Shown piece after piece: positions 8,823-18,176 of a stretch of 53,411 nucleotides of DNA (within the stretch, counting starts at the first letter, position 1; every line of letters begins with the position of its first letter). The notes under the pieces were generated by a model, which worked only from the letters and a program-made list of their open reading frames with translations, searched no databases and was not told the DNA's origin. The stretch comes from a virus: IMG/VR virus record IMGVR_UViG_3300050821_013390, positions 1-53,411 of that record; one strand, 5' to 3'. The translations under genes were made by a program, and so were the position numbers.

Positions 8823-9907
8823 GACACTCTCTTGAATTCGCCGCTAGCTTCAGCTGCCTCTATGTCCTCTGGTGTAGCATTAACCATATTAAATGGATTG
8901 CCATTTTTATCTACAAACTGTACCGTGCTCTTCTTTCCCATCTTAAATGATTCTATTAGCTCTTGTGCTTCTTTGGCTTCTTGAATTTGCGCTTCCAGTT
9001 CTAGCTTTTTGTCTTCTAATGCCTCTAATGCCGCTGTTTGTGACCAGGTAGCCCCAGGAATAGCAGCATTTATTTGCTGCTGTAGCTGCTTGTTTTGTCC
9101 TTTAGCTGGAAGTTTTTTAATTTCACTTACCAGAAGACCTTTTCTTAAAGCATTTAATGTTTGTTGATTCTCGGGATTATAGCGTTTAAACCCTATTGCA
9201 GGCTTATCTTTATAAAACTCTATCATTTTATTAACATTGGCTAACCCAATTTTTGCCTCTTTACCTATCTTTAAAGTTTCTTTAGCTCCATCAATCTCTT
9301 TCTTATTCAAATGAGCATTTTGAGCGCCCATCTCCTCGTGTCTTAATTTTCTATCCTCCTCTTGAGCTTTATGATGCCGTTCGGTTTCTATTCTGGATTC
9401 TGCTCTCTCAAGGCGAGCAGCTTCCTTTTCAGATTTACTTAAGTCACGCATTAAATCATGCTCTTCTCTGCTTAAGTTATGTTGTCTTATAGTTTCTCCT
9501 AAGCTGGCGTGTCTGTAAGCTCTATCTTCTTGGTCACGCGCTGCATGTCTTAATGACTCCATAATTTGTTGATTTAGGGCTAATCTCTCTTGCTCGCGCG
9601 CTTTTATAGTAGGCGCAAAATTAGCTAAACGATGGTCACTTGCCTGCGCAAATTCAGCGTTTTTACTACGAGTACCTAGATAATTTCCCAATACCCCTAA
9701 CATATCCATAAAGCCTGGCGTCACCGGCTTATGTCCCGGTCCTGCACCCATAGCCTGACGCACTTGATTAATAGCCTGCATGTCATAAGGACTGGAGCCT
9801 TGCGGCATCATGCCTTGTTGTGGAGGCGACATCATGCCGCGCATAGGTATGCCTGCTTGTTGTTGGGCTAATTGTCCCAAATATATTTGCTGTGCTAAAT
9901 CAACCAT
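8819..9907 (-). CDS. Virion-module coiled-coil protein
   Basis: ATGA-type overlap with the downstream gene. Q/M-rich N-terminus, charged helical centre. Confidence 0.6.
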   Translation of the reverse strand: MVDLAQQIYLGQLAQQQAGIPMRGMMSPPQQGMMPQGSSPYDMQAINQVRQAMGAGPGHKPVTPGFMDMLGVLGNYLGTRSKNAEFAQASDHRLANFAPTIKAREQERLALNQQIMESLRHAARDQEDRAYRHASLGETIRQHNLSREEHDLMRDLSKSEKEAARLERAESRIETERHHKAQEEDRKLRHEEMGAQNAHLNKKEIDGAKETLKIGKEAKIGLANVNKMIEFYKDKPAIGFKRYNPENQQTLNALRKGLLVSEIKKLPAKGQNKQLQQQINAAIPGATWSQTAALEALEDKKLELEAQIQEAKEAQELIESFKMGKKSTVQFVDKNGNPFNMVNATPEDIEAAEASGEFKRVS

Positions 9908-9920
9908 ATTTATACGCCTT

Positions 9921-10394
9921 TTACATGCTGGGCCCTAAGCATCTGTTGTTGATGAATTGCCAGCAATTATTTATAAAATATTTACATATCTCAAAAAAGG
10001 ATTTTTGCTTGGCTTTCTCTTTGTCTTCACTTGATATGCAATTAATTTTTAAGCTCATCATATTCTTTTTATAAGAAATTAAATCAAGCAAACTAGGCTC
10101 TAATAGTTTCATGTCGATGTTATATTTTAAAATATCAGAACAAAAAATGGTTAAACTTTCTATGTTATCTAATCTTAATAGTTGGTCTAAATTTTCAGGA
10201 GTAAGACATAACGATGGCAGCTCATAACAAGCGCGTCCATCTTCATAAATCATTAACACTTTAATATAAGAATTGGCATGCACAGCCTCGCATAGTTTGG
10301 CTACTTCATCACTTTTAATGTCATTTATTTCGAGACGCTCATTTTTGTATTCATCATTTGCTATAGCATCTAGTTTTTGCCGTGATAAGCCCAT
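9921..10394 (-). CDS. AT-rich orphan protein inserted in the virion operon
   Basis: Visibly lower GC than both neighbours. TAATG coupling to the upstream gene. No confident family. Confidence 0.55.
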   Translation of the reverse strand: MGLSRQKLDAIANDEYKNERLEINDIKSDEVAKLCEAVHANSYIKVLMIYEDGRACYELPSLCLTPENLDQLLRLDNIESLTIFCSDILKYNIDMKLLEPSLLDLISYKKNMMSLKINCISSEDKEKAKQKSFFEICKYFINNCWQFINNRCLGPSM

Positions 10395-12211
10395 TAATAT
10401 CCTCCGTAATATTGTTGTGAAACGGGTTGCCCCATTTGATTTCCATCATTTGGTTGTTGAAAACCTTGCTGGGCCAGCATGCGCTGCAGTGGTTGTCCAA
10501 CTTGATAGTCATTGGTTGGCGCATTCCCTTGTCCAAGCCGTTGAGCCATTAGGCGCAGCTGACCTGCGCCTAATGTGGGATTGCTGGCTGCATATGGATC
10601 ATCTTGAACTTGTTGGTATTGCTGGATTTGTTGCGCTTGTCTTTCTTCAGGGGAAACCTCAGGTGGATTAAGCGCATCACTTAACTGTCCTGCTAATTGA
10701 CTTGCCATGTTTCCCAATGCAGAACCAGCCATAGCTCCAGCGGGTCCTCCAAACACGCCACCAACTATAGGGCCTGCAATTCCACCAGCAGCCGATACAT
10801 CATTTAACATTGGATTTAACCATCCTTTTGCTGTATCACCCATAATATCGCCAAAGCTTTTATGTTGCTGAATTCCTTCTACCAAATTATTTATCCCTCC
10901 TACAAATGGGACATATTTCTTAATACCTCCCCATAAATCATCCCAGAAACTAAACTGTGGTAAGCCTGTTTGAGGATTAGTGCTACCGCCAAAATGTCTT
11001 TCTAAGAAAGCTAATTCTTCGGGATTAATATGCGCTAACACTGTATCTCCTGGCGCATGATGGGCGCGCACGTCTTCAGCTTCTTTATGTAGGCTTTTTA
11101 CACTTCCGCCTTTAGCAAATCCCCGCCCATGATGTGCATAGGGGTTGCTCATCCCTGCGGCGCCCCCTCCTATCCCTCCAAAAGCGGATGCCATGCTCAT
11201 AAACCGAGCCAATTCGTCTATAGTGCTTCTATTATTATTTTTATGGGTCGTAGTAGTTGTAGTATGACCTACAGGATGACCATGCATGATATCGCTCCAA
11301 AATTGCAACATCTTCATGGGCCACAATCTTTGCTCTTCGGCCCTCTGTTCATTATAAGAGCGATTTGACTCCTCTTCCATGCGCTCTCTATTATGAGCTG
11401 CACCCATGCTCTCTATCTCTTTTGCTTCCGCTTGTTGCTGGGCTATTGCGCTTTTACCTAACATCTCAGATGACATAATGTTGCGCATTAATTCTTCGTT
11501 ATAAAGTTTAGCACCCGATTCATAAGCTTGACCTAAGGCCAGTCTTTGTTGAGAACCTATTTCTCTCTCTACATCTCTTTGAGCACGTGCCATTAATTCC
11601 TTATGCGCAGCGCTTCCATGTTGTCCTGCACGTACAAATTTCTGCTCTAAAGCTGGCAGGATATCTTCTGTTAAGCGCAGCTTCCCCAGACGCGCTACCT
11701 CATCTGCAACAAATCGTGTATGCGGATTAATATAACGCTGCCGCTCTGCTTCGCCCAGTCCAACAAAACTTTTACCAGCCGCATCCCGCGCTAAATCTGT
11801 AGCTTTTTTATAAGTATCCCTATAGGGATAAATAGGACTAGTACCAACACTTTGAGCTAATCGTTGTTGACGCGTAAAGAATGATGGCACTTCTCCTCGT
11901 GCAAGCTGCCCAGGTATAAATGGACGGCTCGGACCTTGTTGTCCCGCAGGAACCTGAATCTCAGGTTGCTGAACTCGATAGGACTGCGCGGGCTGAAAAG
12001 GCGCCATATATTCTGCTGGTGTTCGTGCCGGTGGCTTATTTTGAGTTCGAGGAGCACCAGGAGGAGCGCCGGCTTCCGGTGGAGCAAATCCATACGGACC
12101 TTCTTGGAGGCCTTTTTCATATAATCCTCTGGCATCTTGTTGTAGTTTTTTTAGCATAGCAGCATGAGCTGCTTCATGTTCAAATTGTTGCTGTTGGCGG
12201 GCGTCTGACAT
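10394..12211 (-). CDS. Gly/Gln-rich internal virion protein (paralogue set A/B)
   Basis: Contains GDTVLAHINPEELAFLERHFGGSTNPQTGLPQF (shared with 13535..14935). A central helical core is homologous to 12289..13518. Also has a FAKGGSVK motif. Confidence 0.6.
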   Translation of the reverse strand: MSDARQQQQFEHEAAHAAMLKKLQQDARGLYEKGLQEGPYGFAPPEAGAPPGAPRTQNKPPARTPAEYMAPFQPAQSYRVQQPEIQVPAGQQGPSRPFIPGQLARGEVPSFFTRQQRLAQSVGTSPIYPYRDTYKKATDLARDAAGKSFVGLGEAERQRYINPHTRFVADEVARLGKLRLTEDILPALEQKFVRAGQHGSAAHKELMARAQRDVEREIGSQQRLALGQAYESGAKLYNEELMRNIMSSEMLGKSAIAQQQAEAKEIESMGAAHNRERMEEESNRSYNEQRAEEQRLWPMKMLQFWSDIMHGHPVGHTTTTTTHKNNNRSTIDELARFMSMASAFGGIGGGAAGMSNPYAHHGRGFAKGGSVKSLHKEAEDVRAHHAPGDTVLAHINPEELAFLERHFGGSTNPQTGLPQFSFWDDLWGGIKKYVPFVGGINNLVEGIQQHKSFGDIMGDTAKGWLNPMLNDVSAAGGIAGPIVGGVFGGPAGAMAGSALGNMASQLAGQLSDALNPPEVSPEERQAQQIQQYQQVQDDPYAASNPTLGAGQLRLMAQRLGQGNAPTNDYQVGQPLQRMLAQQGFQQPNDGNQMGQPVSQQYYGGY

Positions 12212-12288
12212 AGTAAGTTACTCTTTTAAATTAACCATATAAACTAGTTGTAATAGTTTAACATTTTTTCGCTACCGTAGCTCTACAA

Positions 12289-13518
12289 TTATCGCCTTCT
12301 TCTAGCTAGAAGCTGTTTTAAATGTTCCTGTTGTGCGGCTTGTTCCTTCGCATAACGTTCCCAATGTTGCCTCTGATATTCTGCCTGCACTGCGGCAGGA
12401 TTTAGCGGTCTGGCAGCTTCTTGCGCATATATGCCTCTTACGGCAGCCTCTGCTGCGTCAACCCTAGCATGAGCTGGATTAGGCTCTTCACGTCCATACG
12501 GTCTTGCAGGGGGTGGATTCTCATAATATGCACGTATACGTTCGCCGCCGCGTTCTGCCCAATCTCCCCATGCCCTTGCCATCCTTCCAATCACTGGATT
12601 TGGTATTCCCGCGGCTCTTTCTCTTCCTCTAACCTGTTCTTCCCGTGCCGCTTGTTCTCTTCTAACGGGCTCTTCTCTCTCTATTGCTTCCTCTTGCCCT
12701 CTAACAAATGCATCATATTGTTCTTGCTCAACATCAATTGGGGGAGTCTGTATTGGCTTAGCTGGCATCTTACCCTCTCTTATTGCATCAATCCCGTATT
12801 TAAGAGGTAACCCACGTACTATCCTGTTATATCTGTTCAATAAATCAAAAGGATAGCCTAGTATCTTCATCCCAGTTGCTATTAAATGTTCACGCGCTCC
12901 CTGCTCCTCCGCTCTTGCCAGGTTCGCACTCTTACTCAATGTTTCAATATCGTGTATATGCGCCTGTTGTTGACGTATACCACCTTTTCCTAACAATTCC
13001 GAGCCCAGGAGCTTCCGAATCTCATCTTGCTTAGATAGTTGAGCGGCTGAATCCCATCCTTGTGCCATTGCTAATTGTTTTTGTATTTCTATTTCTTTTT
13101 CTAAATCACGATTTAATTGTGCCGGTAAATTTTTATGGAAACTTTTGGGATGTGATGTATTAAATTTCTTATTCATTTCTTGAGCTATAGGTTCATGCGT
13201 CCGTCTCATAGAGCGCGCAAGTTCCTCGCCTACATGAGCTAAATAAGGCATCATGTAGGCATTCATATTCACCGGACCTGCAGCACGCTTCGCTAAATCA
13301 TTACTGGCTGCAAGTGATTGAACATATTTATAAGGAGAGCTTTCACCAGTTTGCGCCGCTAATTCTTGTGCTTTTCTAAATGATTCTCCAGGCGCTCCAC
13401 GTTCAGGGTATAAATCAGCAGGAAAAGGGGTTTTGGCTAACTTTTCAGCACGGGCACCTACATCAGTATATTCTTGTGACCACGGATTTATTCTCTGTAT
13501 TACATACTTTGTTGGCAT
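12289..13518 (-). CDS. Internal virion protein (paralogue of the 10394..12211 core)
   Basis: The segment DLAKRAAG...LGSELLGKGGIRQQQAHIHDIE parallels DLARDAAG...MSSEMLGKSAIAQQQAEAKEIE in the 605-aa protein. Confidence 0.6.
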   Translation of the reverse strand: MPTKYVIQRINPWSQEYTDVGARAEKLAKTPFPADLYPERGAPGESFRKAQELAAQTGESSPYKYVQSLAASNDLAKRAAGPVNMNAYMMPYLAHVGEELARSMRRTHEPIAQEMNKKFNTSHPKSFHKNLPAQLNRDLEKEIEIQKQLAMAQGWDSAAQLSKQDEIRKLLGSELLGKGGIRQQQAHIHDIETLSKSANLARAEEQGAREHLIATGMKILGYPFDLLNRYNRIVRGLPLKYGIDAIREGKMPAKPIQTPPIDVEQEQYDAFVRGQEEAIEREEPVRREQAAREEQVRGRERAAGIPNPVIGRMARAWGDWAERGGERIRAYYENPPPARPYGREEPNPAHARVDAAEAAVRGIYAQEAARPLNPAAVQAEYQRQHWERYAKEQAAQQEHLKQLLARRRR

Positions 13519-13534
13519 GCCAATTTTCTACCTT

Positions 13535-14935
13535 TTAAATCCTGCCAATATATGATGTAAGCGGCTTAGTCTTAGGCGGTAAAATTGACTTAACACCTTT
13601 ATGTGCCAACACATTTTTAAATGCCTTATCTAAAATTTTAGCCCCTTTTACATTATTGCCTCTTCCTAATGCATCTACCACCTTTTTATGTATTATACGT
13701 TCTCCATCCGATACTAAAGCATCAACTTTTTTAGTAGGTTCCCATTTACCTCGTTCACCCCTTATAAATGGTGAGCTACGTAAAACATTTTTCTCAAATT
13801 CTTCTAATTTTTTATCACCATTATTTGAATTGCCATCCCCTAATAAACTAACAATTGTTGCGTTAGCAACATATGAACCATGCGGTATTTTAACGGGACG
13901 GTCATCTGCCTGTCCGCCCGACTTGCCACACACATAACCGCCTGCTTTAAGGCGTTTCGCCCCACCCTGCATCTTGTTAATTTCTGCCATGATTTCTTCA
14001 CGCCTCTCAGGATGCTCACGTAACATTTTCATTAGCATTTCTAGTAATTGAGAATGAGAATAAGGAGAATTTAATTCATTTGTACCGTCGTCGCTTCCCA
14101 CGCCAGACATCGCGGTTTTGCCACCACCAAAATTAGCCACGGCATTGCGACCCGCACTACCTTGTGTCATACCGTGCGAAGTTACAGTAGAAGGTTCCCC
14201 GTGGAACTCATCCTCTTCACCATAACCTGCTCCCGGAGCAGCTCCTTTGCCGCCCCCGGGATAAATCTGACCAATCATTCCGGCAAGTTTAGTGAAGCTT
14301 GAGGGGTTCACACCTTTAACAGCTTCTTGCATAGCAACATCAGGAGCTAAAGTAGAGCGCATGCTATCAAAGAGAGGTTCACGCATACCAATGGTTTTGC
14401 CAAAAGTTCCATAAGGGTCAGCATTAAATAAGTGCGCTAATTCATTGGTGATTGTTGAAGATGCTATTCCCTTACCCGCACCACCCATAAAGGAACCCAT
14501 AGGTGACTGTTTTAGAATACTTCTATTACCCTGTAATGCATTGCCAGCAAGACCAGCTAAACCACCAGCTAATCCACTGGGCAATATAGTGCCAAATTTT
14601 GACATAAAGCTTGGCAACACACCTCCCAACCCAGCCCCTAAAGGACCTGCCAAGAAGGGCAATGCTGCTGCTACATAATTACCCAGACGAGGCTTGCGAT
14701 ATGTTCCCTCTGCTTGCATCTGTCTTTTTTGAGCATGTGACGGTTTACCAAGAGCCCTGCCAATAACATGAAGAAGACCACCCCTAAACTCAGGTAATCC
14801 CGTATGGGGATTAATACTTTGCTTTTGCCCCCCACGCAATAATTCCGCCTCTTCAGGATTGATATGAGCTAAGATTGTATCTCCACTGCGCCCCTTGCTA
14901 CGCAGTTGTTCAGCTATACTTGATAAGTCACGCAT
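13535..14935 (-). CDS. Gly-rich internal virion protein with AHINPEE...NPxTGLPEF motif
   Basis: GDTILAHINPEEAELLRGGQKQSINPHTGLPEF near the N-terminus. C-terminal internal duplication IPHGSYVANATIVSLLGDGNSNNG / VSDGERIIHKKVVDALGRGNNVKG. Confidence 0.6.
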   Translation of the reverse strand: MRDLSSIAEQLRSKGRSGDTILAHINPEEAELLRGGQKQSINPHTGLPEFRGGLLHVIGRALGKPSHAQKRQMQAEGTYRKPRLGNYVAAALPFLAGPLGAGLGGVLPSFMSKFGTILPSGLAGGLAGLAGNALQGNRSILKQSPMGSFMGGAGKGIASSTITNELAHLFNADPYGTFGKTIGMREPLFDSMRSTLAPDVAMQEAVKGVNPSSFTKLAGMIGQIYPGGGKGAAPGAGYGEEDEFHGEPSTVTSHGMTQGSAGRNAVANFGGGKTAMSGVGSDDGTNELNSPYSHSQLLEMLMKMLREHPERREEIMAEINKMQGGAKRLKAGGYVCGKSGGQADDRPVKIPHGSYVANATIVSLLGDGNSNNGDKKLEEFEKNVLRSSPFIRGERGKWEPTKKVDALVSDGERIIHKKVVDALGRGNNVKGAKILDKAFKNVLAHKGVKSILPPKTKPLTSYIGRI

Positions 14936-14945
14936 TTATATCCCC

Positions 14946-15716
14946 TTATTGCATGCCTCTGCGACCAAGCATCATGCTTGATTCATCAGATGGTTCAAAG
15001 TTGTGCATGTTATTGTTCATAGAATGAGACATTTGTGGCAAATATCTTTGTGCCATATTAGATGCAGTTTGCCCTGCTTGATATCCCATGGGTCCTTGAC
15101 CAAACATACTACCCATATTCTGCCCTAATTGGGGTAAATGTTGAGCCATTTGCCCTGCAAATCTACCCAACCCTTGGCCAGGATTTTGTTGATATTGATT
15201 CATCATGCCTTGACCCATATTAGCCATAGTGCTACCCATGCGGCCAATGTTGCGCCCCATATCTCCGGCACCAAACATTTCACCTACATTTTGTCCCAAG
15301 CCTGGCAAGTATTGCGCCATCTGCCCTGGTAATTGTTGAGCAAAGTGATTAAAACTAGGTGCTTGTTGGTATTGGTTATACATGTTTTGACTCATGTGCC
15401 CTAGTTGATTTGCTATATTTCCCGCATTGCCGCCCATATAACTACCTAATCCTTGTAGAGCAGGAGCCATATTTTGTGCAGCACCTTGCATTGCCCCCTG
15501 CCACCAAGGAGTGTTTTGTCCAGGCTTTAACGCGCCTCCTAAAATGCCTTGTCCTAAACCACCCAAAGATTGCCCTAACGCATTTCCTTTATCCCCACCA
15601 ATGAGACCACCAAGCATACCACCGAGACCAGGTAACGCTTGCGAAACCATTCCTCCTAAACCAGGTAGCGCTGATTTAGCCATGTTTAATAAACTACCCC
15701 AATCAAATCCAGCCAT
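14946..15716 (-). CDS. Low-complexity Gly/Gln/Met/Asn-rich virion-module protein
   Basis: Repeated PG(L/Q)G(G/Q)M / MNQYQQ / GQMAQ(Y/H)LP(G/Q)LGQN(V/M)G units. Tightly packed in the operon. Confidence 0.6.
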   Translation of the reverse strand: MAGFDWGSLLNMAKSALPGLGGMVSQALPGLGGMLGGLIGGDKGNALGQSLGGLGQGILGGALKPGQNTPWWQGAMQGAAQNMAPALQGLGSYMGGNAGNIANQLGHMSQNMYNQYQQAPSFNHFAQQLPGQMAQYLPGLGQNVGEMFGAGDMGRNIGRMGSTMANMGQGMMNQYQQNPGQGLGRFAGQMAQHLPQLGQNMGSMFGQGPMGYQAGQTASNMAQRYLPQMSHSMNNNMHNFEPSDESSMMLGRRGMQ

Positions 15717-15727
15717 AATAATCTCCC

Positions 15728-15955
15728 TTAAAAATTTAACATTGCTTGATATACCCCTTCTGCATAATCTTGAAAATTATCATAACCTACAGTAGAAGGT
15801 ACGCCATTAACCGTAAAACTATTTAATTGCGACAAAACATCGCCCCATAATCTCCAGTCTTTTTCATCTAACAATATTGGTATATTGTCATCCGGAAAAT
15901 CTATTATTAAGGAAGCCGCCCAATATGATAATGCAATATTTTTTGGTATAACCAT
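15728..15955 (-). CDS. Small hypothetical virion-module protein
   Basis: Start overlaps the upstream stop by one base at 15955. Same-strand operon. Confidence 0.55.
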   Translation of the reverse strand: MVIPKNIALSYWAASLIIDFPDDNIPILLDEKDWRLWGDVLSQLNSFTVNGVPSTVGYDNFQDYAEGVYQAMLNF

Positions 15956-17532
15956 TATTGGTGCCCATCCCCTAATCTAAATATTAATAAATTCTGTCCC
16001 ATCTGAAAGTCACCTCCTGTAGTGGTAGTGCCAAATTCAGGGGTTTCAAATTTTAATGTCATCTGTCGACGTTGTTGTCTGATGTCTAATTTCTCAGTAG
16101 TTGGTGTAATAGTAGCCTGGTAAATTGGTTCCGATGATACTGGTGATTGTGCGTAGTTCTTGCCATCTACTGTTAACGTCATATTCCCAGATAATAAGAA
16201 ATCTGGTTCTAATCTATAAAGTTCTACCTGCTTATCTATGCCACTCCAATTGCCATCAGGACCCGTGGCACAAAATGTAATATCTGGACTAGTAATAGAG
16301 CTGGGAATTACTGTTAATACATTATTTCTATTTTCATCTACTCCAATATCATGTATCCATACATCATATCCAAAGTCTACATTAGGGGCGTTGCCTGTCC
16401 AGATAGGGTCAGCGAATACTTCGCTAAAGTAACCGCTGCTGCGTTCTAGAGGGGTATCATACCAAGTCTTCTCTCGAACATTATAAACAATCGCCCAATT
16501 GCATTCATGTGTAGGATTAGGCGTGCTGGCTGTATCTTTAGTTGGGAAGGGCCACCAAATTTCACCATATTGCGTACTTTTAGTTCCCCATGTTTTTTGA
16601 GAATACGCATAATCAACATTATTAAAGAAGAAATTTAGATTTGTATCATTAGGTATCTCTTGTACAACACCCGTATATTGTAAAAATCTGTCGACAGAAA
16701 TCCAATAGAATATCCCATCATATTCAACAATAGTTTTTGGTGCGAAAACCGAAGACTCACTTGTGACAGTATCAAAAGTAAAGAGCACAGGTGGTGACGT
16801 AGTAAGCGTCACACGAATTACGCTATCTAAACTCCACAACAAACCGCCAGGACTACTATTGCCGGCCCTCACTTGGAATCCAGCTACTATTTTAGAGGAA
16901 GTAATGCGGGCACTACTTAAAACCGTACTAGGGTCATTCGCGGCACTCCATGCCACAAAGCCATTGTTGCCGAATATAAGTAAATAAGGATGTAGTGATA
17001 CCACGCCGCCACTTACATAATAATCGCCAGCTACTTGTCCGGGCGGAACATTGGTAAATGCCGGTATTAATGGGACTCCTGCATTTACAGGGCCAAAATA
17101 AACAGGTCTATTAATATCGTTCTCAATAGTGCTTAAATTAGGTGCTGCATGTGCTATCAAGCTATTACTTGTTGACGTATCATCATACAAATAATCAAAT
17201 GACCATATATTAAACGGACTTGTTGGAAATCCAAAAGGAGTGTAAATAACAGAAACAGCTCCAAGCGGATTGCCAAAAAAATCTATTTGTTGCGCATATA
17301 AATGAGATTCAGTGCCCATAAATATATTGAAATTAGGGGTATTGTTAACAACAATCATGCCATAAACAATTTCTTGTATAGTATCGCTAATTAGTTTGTA
17401 ACCACCAATCTTCCGCGGTAATCCCCGCTGAAATCTACACCATAAGCCATCGCTCCATCTGCGGGATGCAAACTTAGTCCCATCACGTTGGATGCCCGGC
17501 TGAGCATTTAAGGCTACTATTTTATCAGGCAT
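15955..17532 (-). CDS. Tail tubular/nozzle-type structural protein
   Basis: 525 aa, beta-rich. N-terminal GIQRDGTKFASRRWSDGLWCRFQRGLPRKIGGY motif of a kind seen in podovirus tail proteins (from memory, unverified). Position supports the call. Confidence 0.45.
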   Translation of the reverse strand: MPDKIVALNAQPGIQRDGTKFASRRWSDGLWCRFQRGLPRKIGGYKLISDTIQEIVYGMIVVNNTPNFNIFMGTESHLYAQQIDFFGNPLGAVSVIYTPFGFPTSPFNIWSFDYLYDDTSTSNSLIAHAAPNLSTIENDINRPVYFGPVNAGVPLIPAFTNVPPGQVAGDYYVSGGVVSLHPYLLIFGNNGFVAWSAANDPSTVLSSARITSSKIVAGFQVRAGNSSPGGLLWSLDSVIRVTLTTSPPVLFTFDTVTSESSVFAPKTIVEYDGIFYWISVDRFLQYTGVVQEIPNDTNLNFFFNNVDYAYSQKTWGTKSTQYGEIWWPFPTKDTASTPNPTHECNWAIVYNVREKTWYDTPLERSSGYFSEVFADPIWTGNAPNVDFGYDVWIHDIGVDENRNNVLTVIPSSITSPDITFCATGPDGNWSGIDKQVELYRLEPDFLLSGNMTLTVDGKNYAQSPVSSEPIYQATITPTTEKLDIRQQRRQMTLKFETPEFGTTTTGGDFQMGQNLLIFRLGDGHQ

Positions 17533-18170
17533 TAGTCAGAACTCCTGTTGCTAATTCTGTCCTCGACCCGCATGTCATCTTGTTGATTTAAGCTTGAAAG
17601 TGCCGCTTTGTATAAAGTGGTCCACGTAGTAAGTTTTTCTTCATTCTTTAAAAAGGCTACAGCTTCAAGGAGGGTCGCATAATAAAGCACATCAGGCGCA
17701 TAATCCGTGAGCCAATTAGTTTGATTAGTCACAGTCAATGGGTCTGGTAGTTCTAGATAAGCCAGCTCAAATGGATAGGTGAAATCTGGAGCAGGCACTA
17801 CTAGAAAAGTTGAATAGCCATAGTCCGAGTAATATACCGGCTTGCCAGTTTGAGATGCATTAGGCGAATAAAGGCGGCAATATTCATAATCCCTTAACTC
17901 TAACTGCGTATAATCAAATTGATTCATGAACTCAGTGCTTGGCGTTCCATAATTAAAGCTTATAGTGCGCCTCCATCTGGCAGGTTTGGGTATCTTTTGT
18001 AAACCTACCGTAAAGGCGCCACTCACATATTGCTCAAGCCCCAATGTCTTAGACTCACGACTAATACGCTGCTCAGCCTGACTAATAAAGTTAGGTATTT
18101 GCAGCGTTAAGTCGGCCCTTTCCAGAGTATTGGCAACTTGCGCTATTAATGAGTTGTAGGTCATTGACAT
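17532..18170 (-). CDS. Virion adaptor/connector-like protein
   Basis: N-terminus YNSLIAQVANTLERADLTLQIPNFISQAEQRISRE resembles head-tail adaptor N-termini (pattern recognition only). Confidence 0.4.
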   Translation of the reverse strand: MSMTYNSLIAQVANTLERADLTLQIPNFISQAEQRISRESKTLGLEQYVSGAFTVGLQKIPKPARWRRTISFNYGTPSTEFMNQFDYTQLELRDYEYCRLYSPNASQTGKPVYYSDYGYSTFLVVPAPDFTYPFELAYLELPDPLTVTNQTNWLTDYAPDVLYYATLLEAVAFLKNEEKLTTWTTLYKAALSSLNQQDDMRVEDRISNRSSD

Positions 18171-18176
18171 ATAGTT

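Noticed and set aside
9921-10394. Calling the AT-rich orphan a leucine-rich-repeat (RI-type) protein.
   Set aside because: Only one segment loosely fits the LxxLxLxxNxIxxxGaxxL pattern, and no periodic repeats are visible. This is insufficient for a family call.
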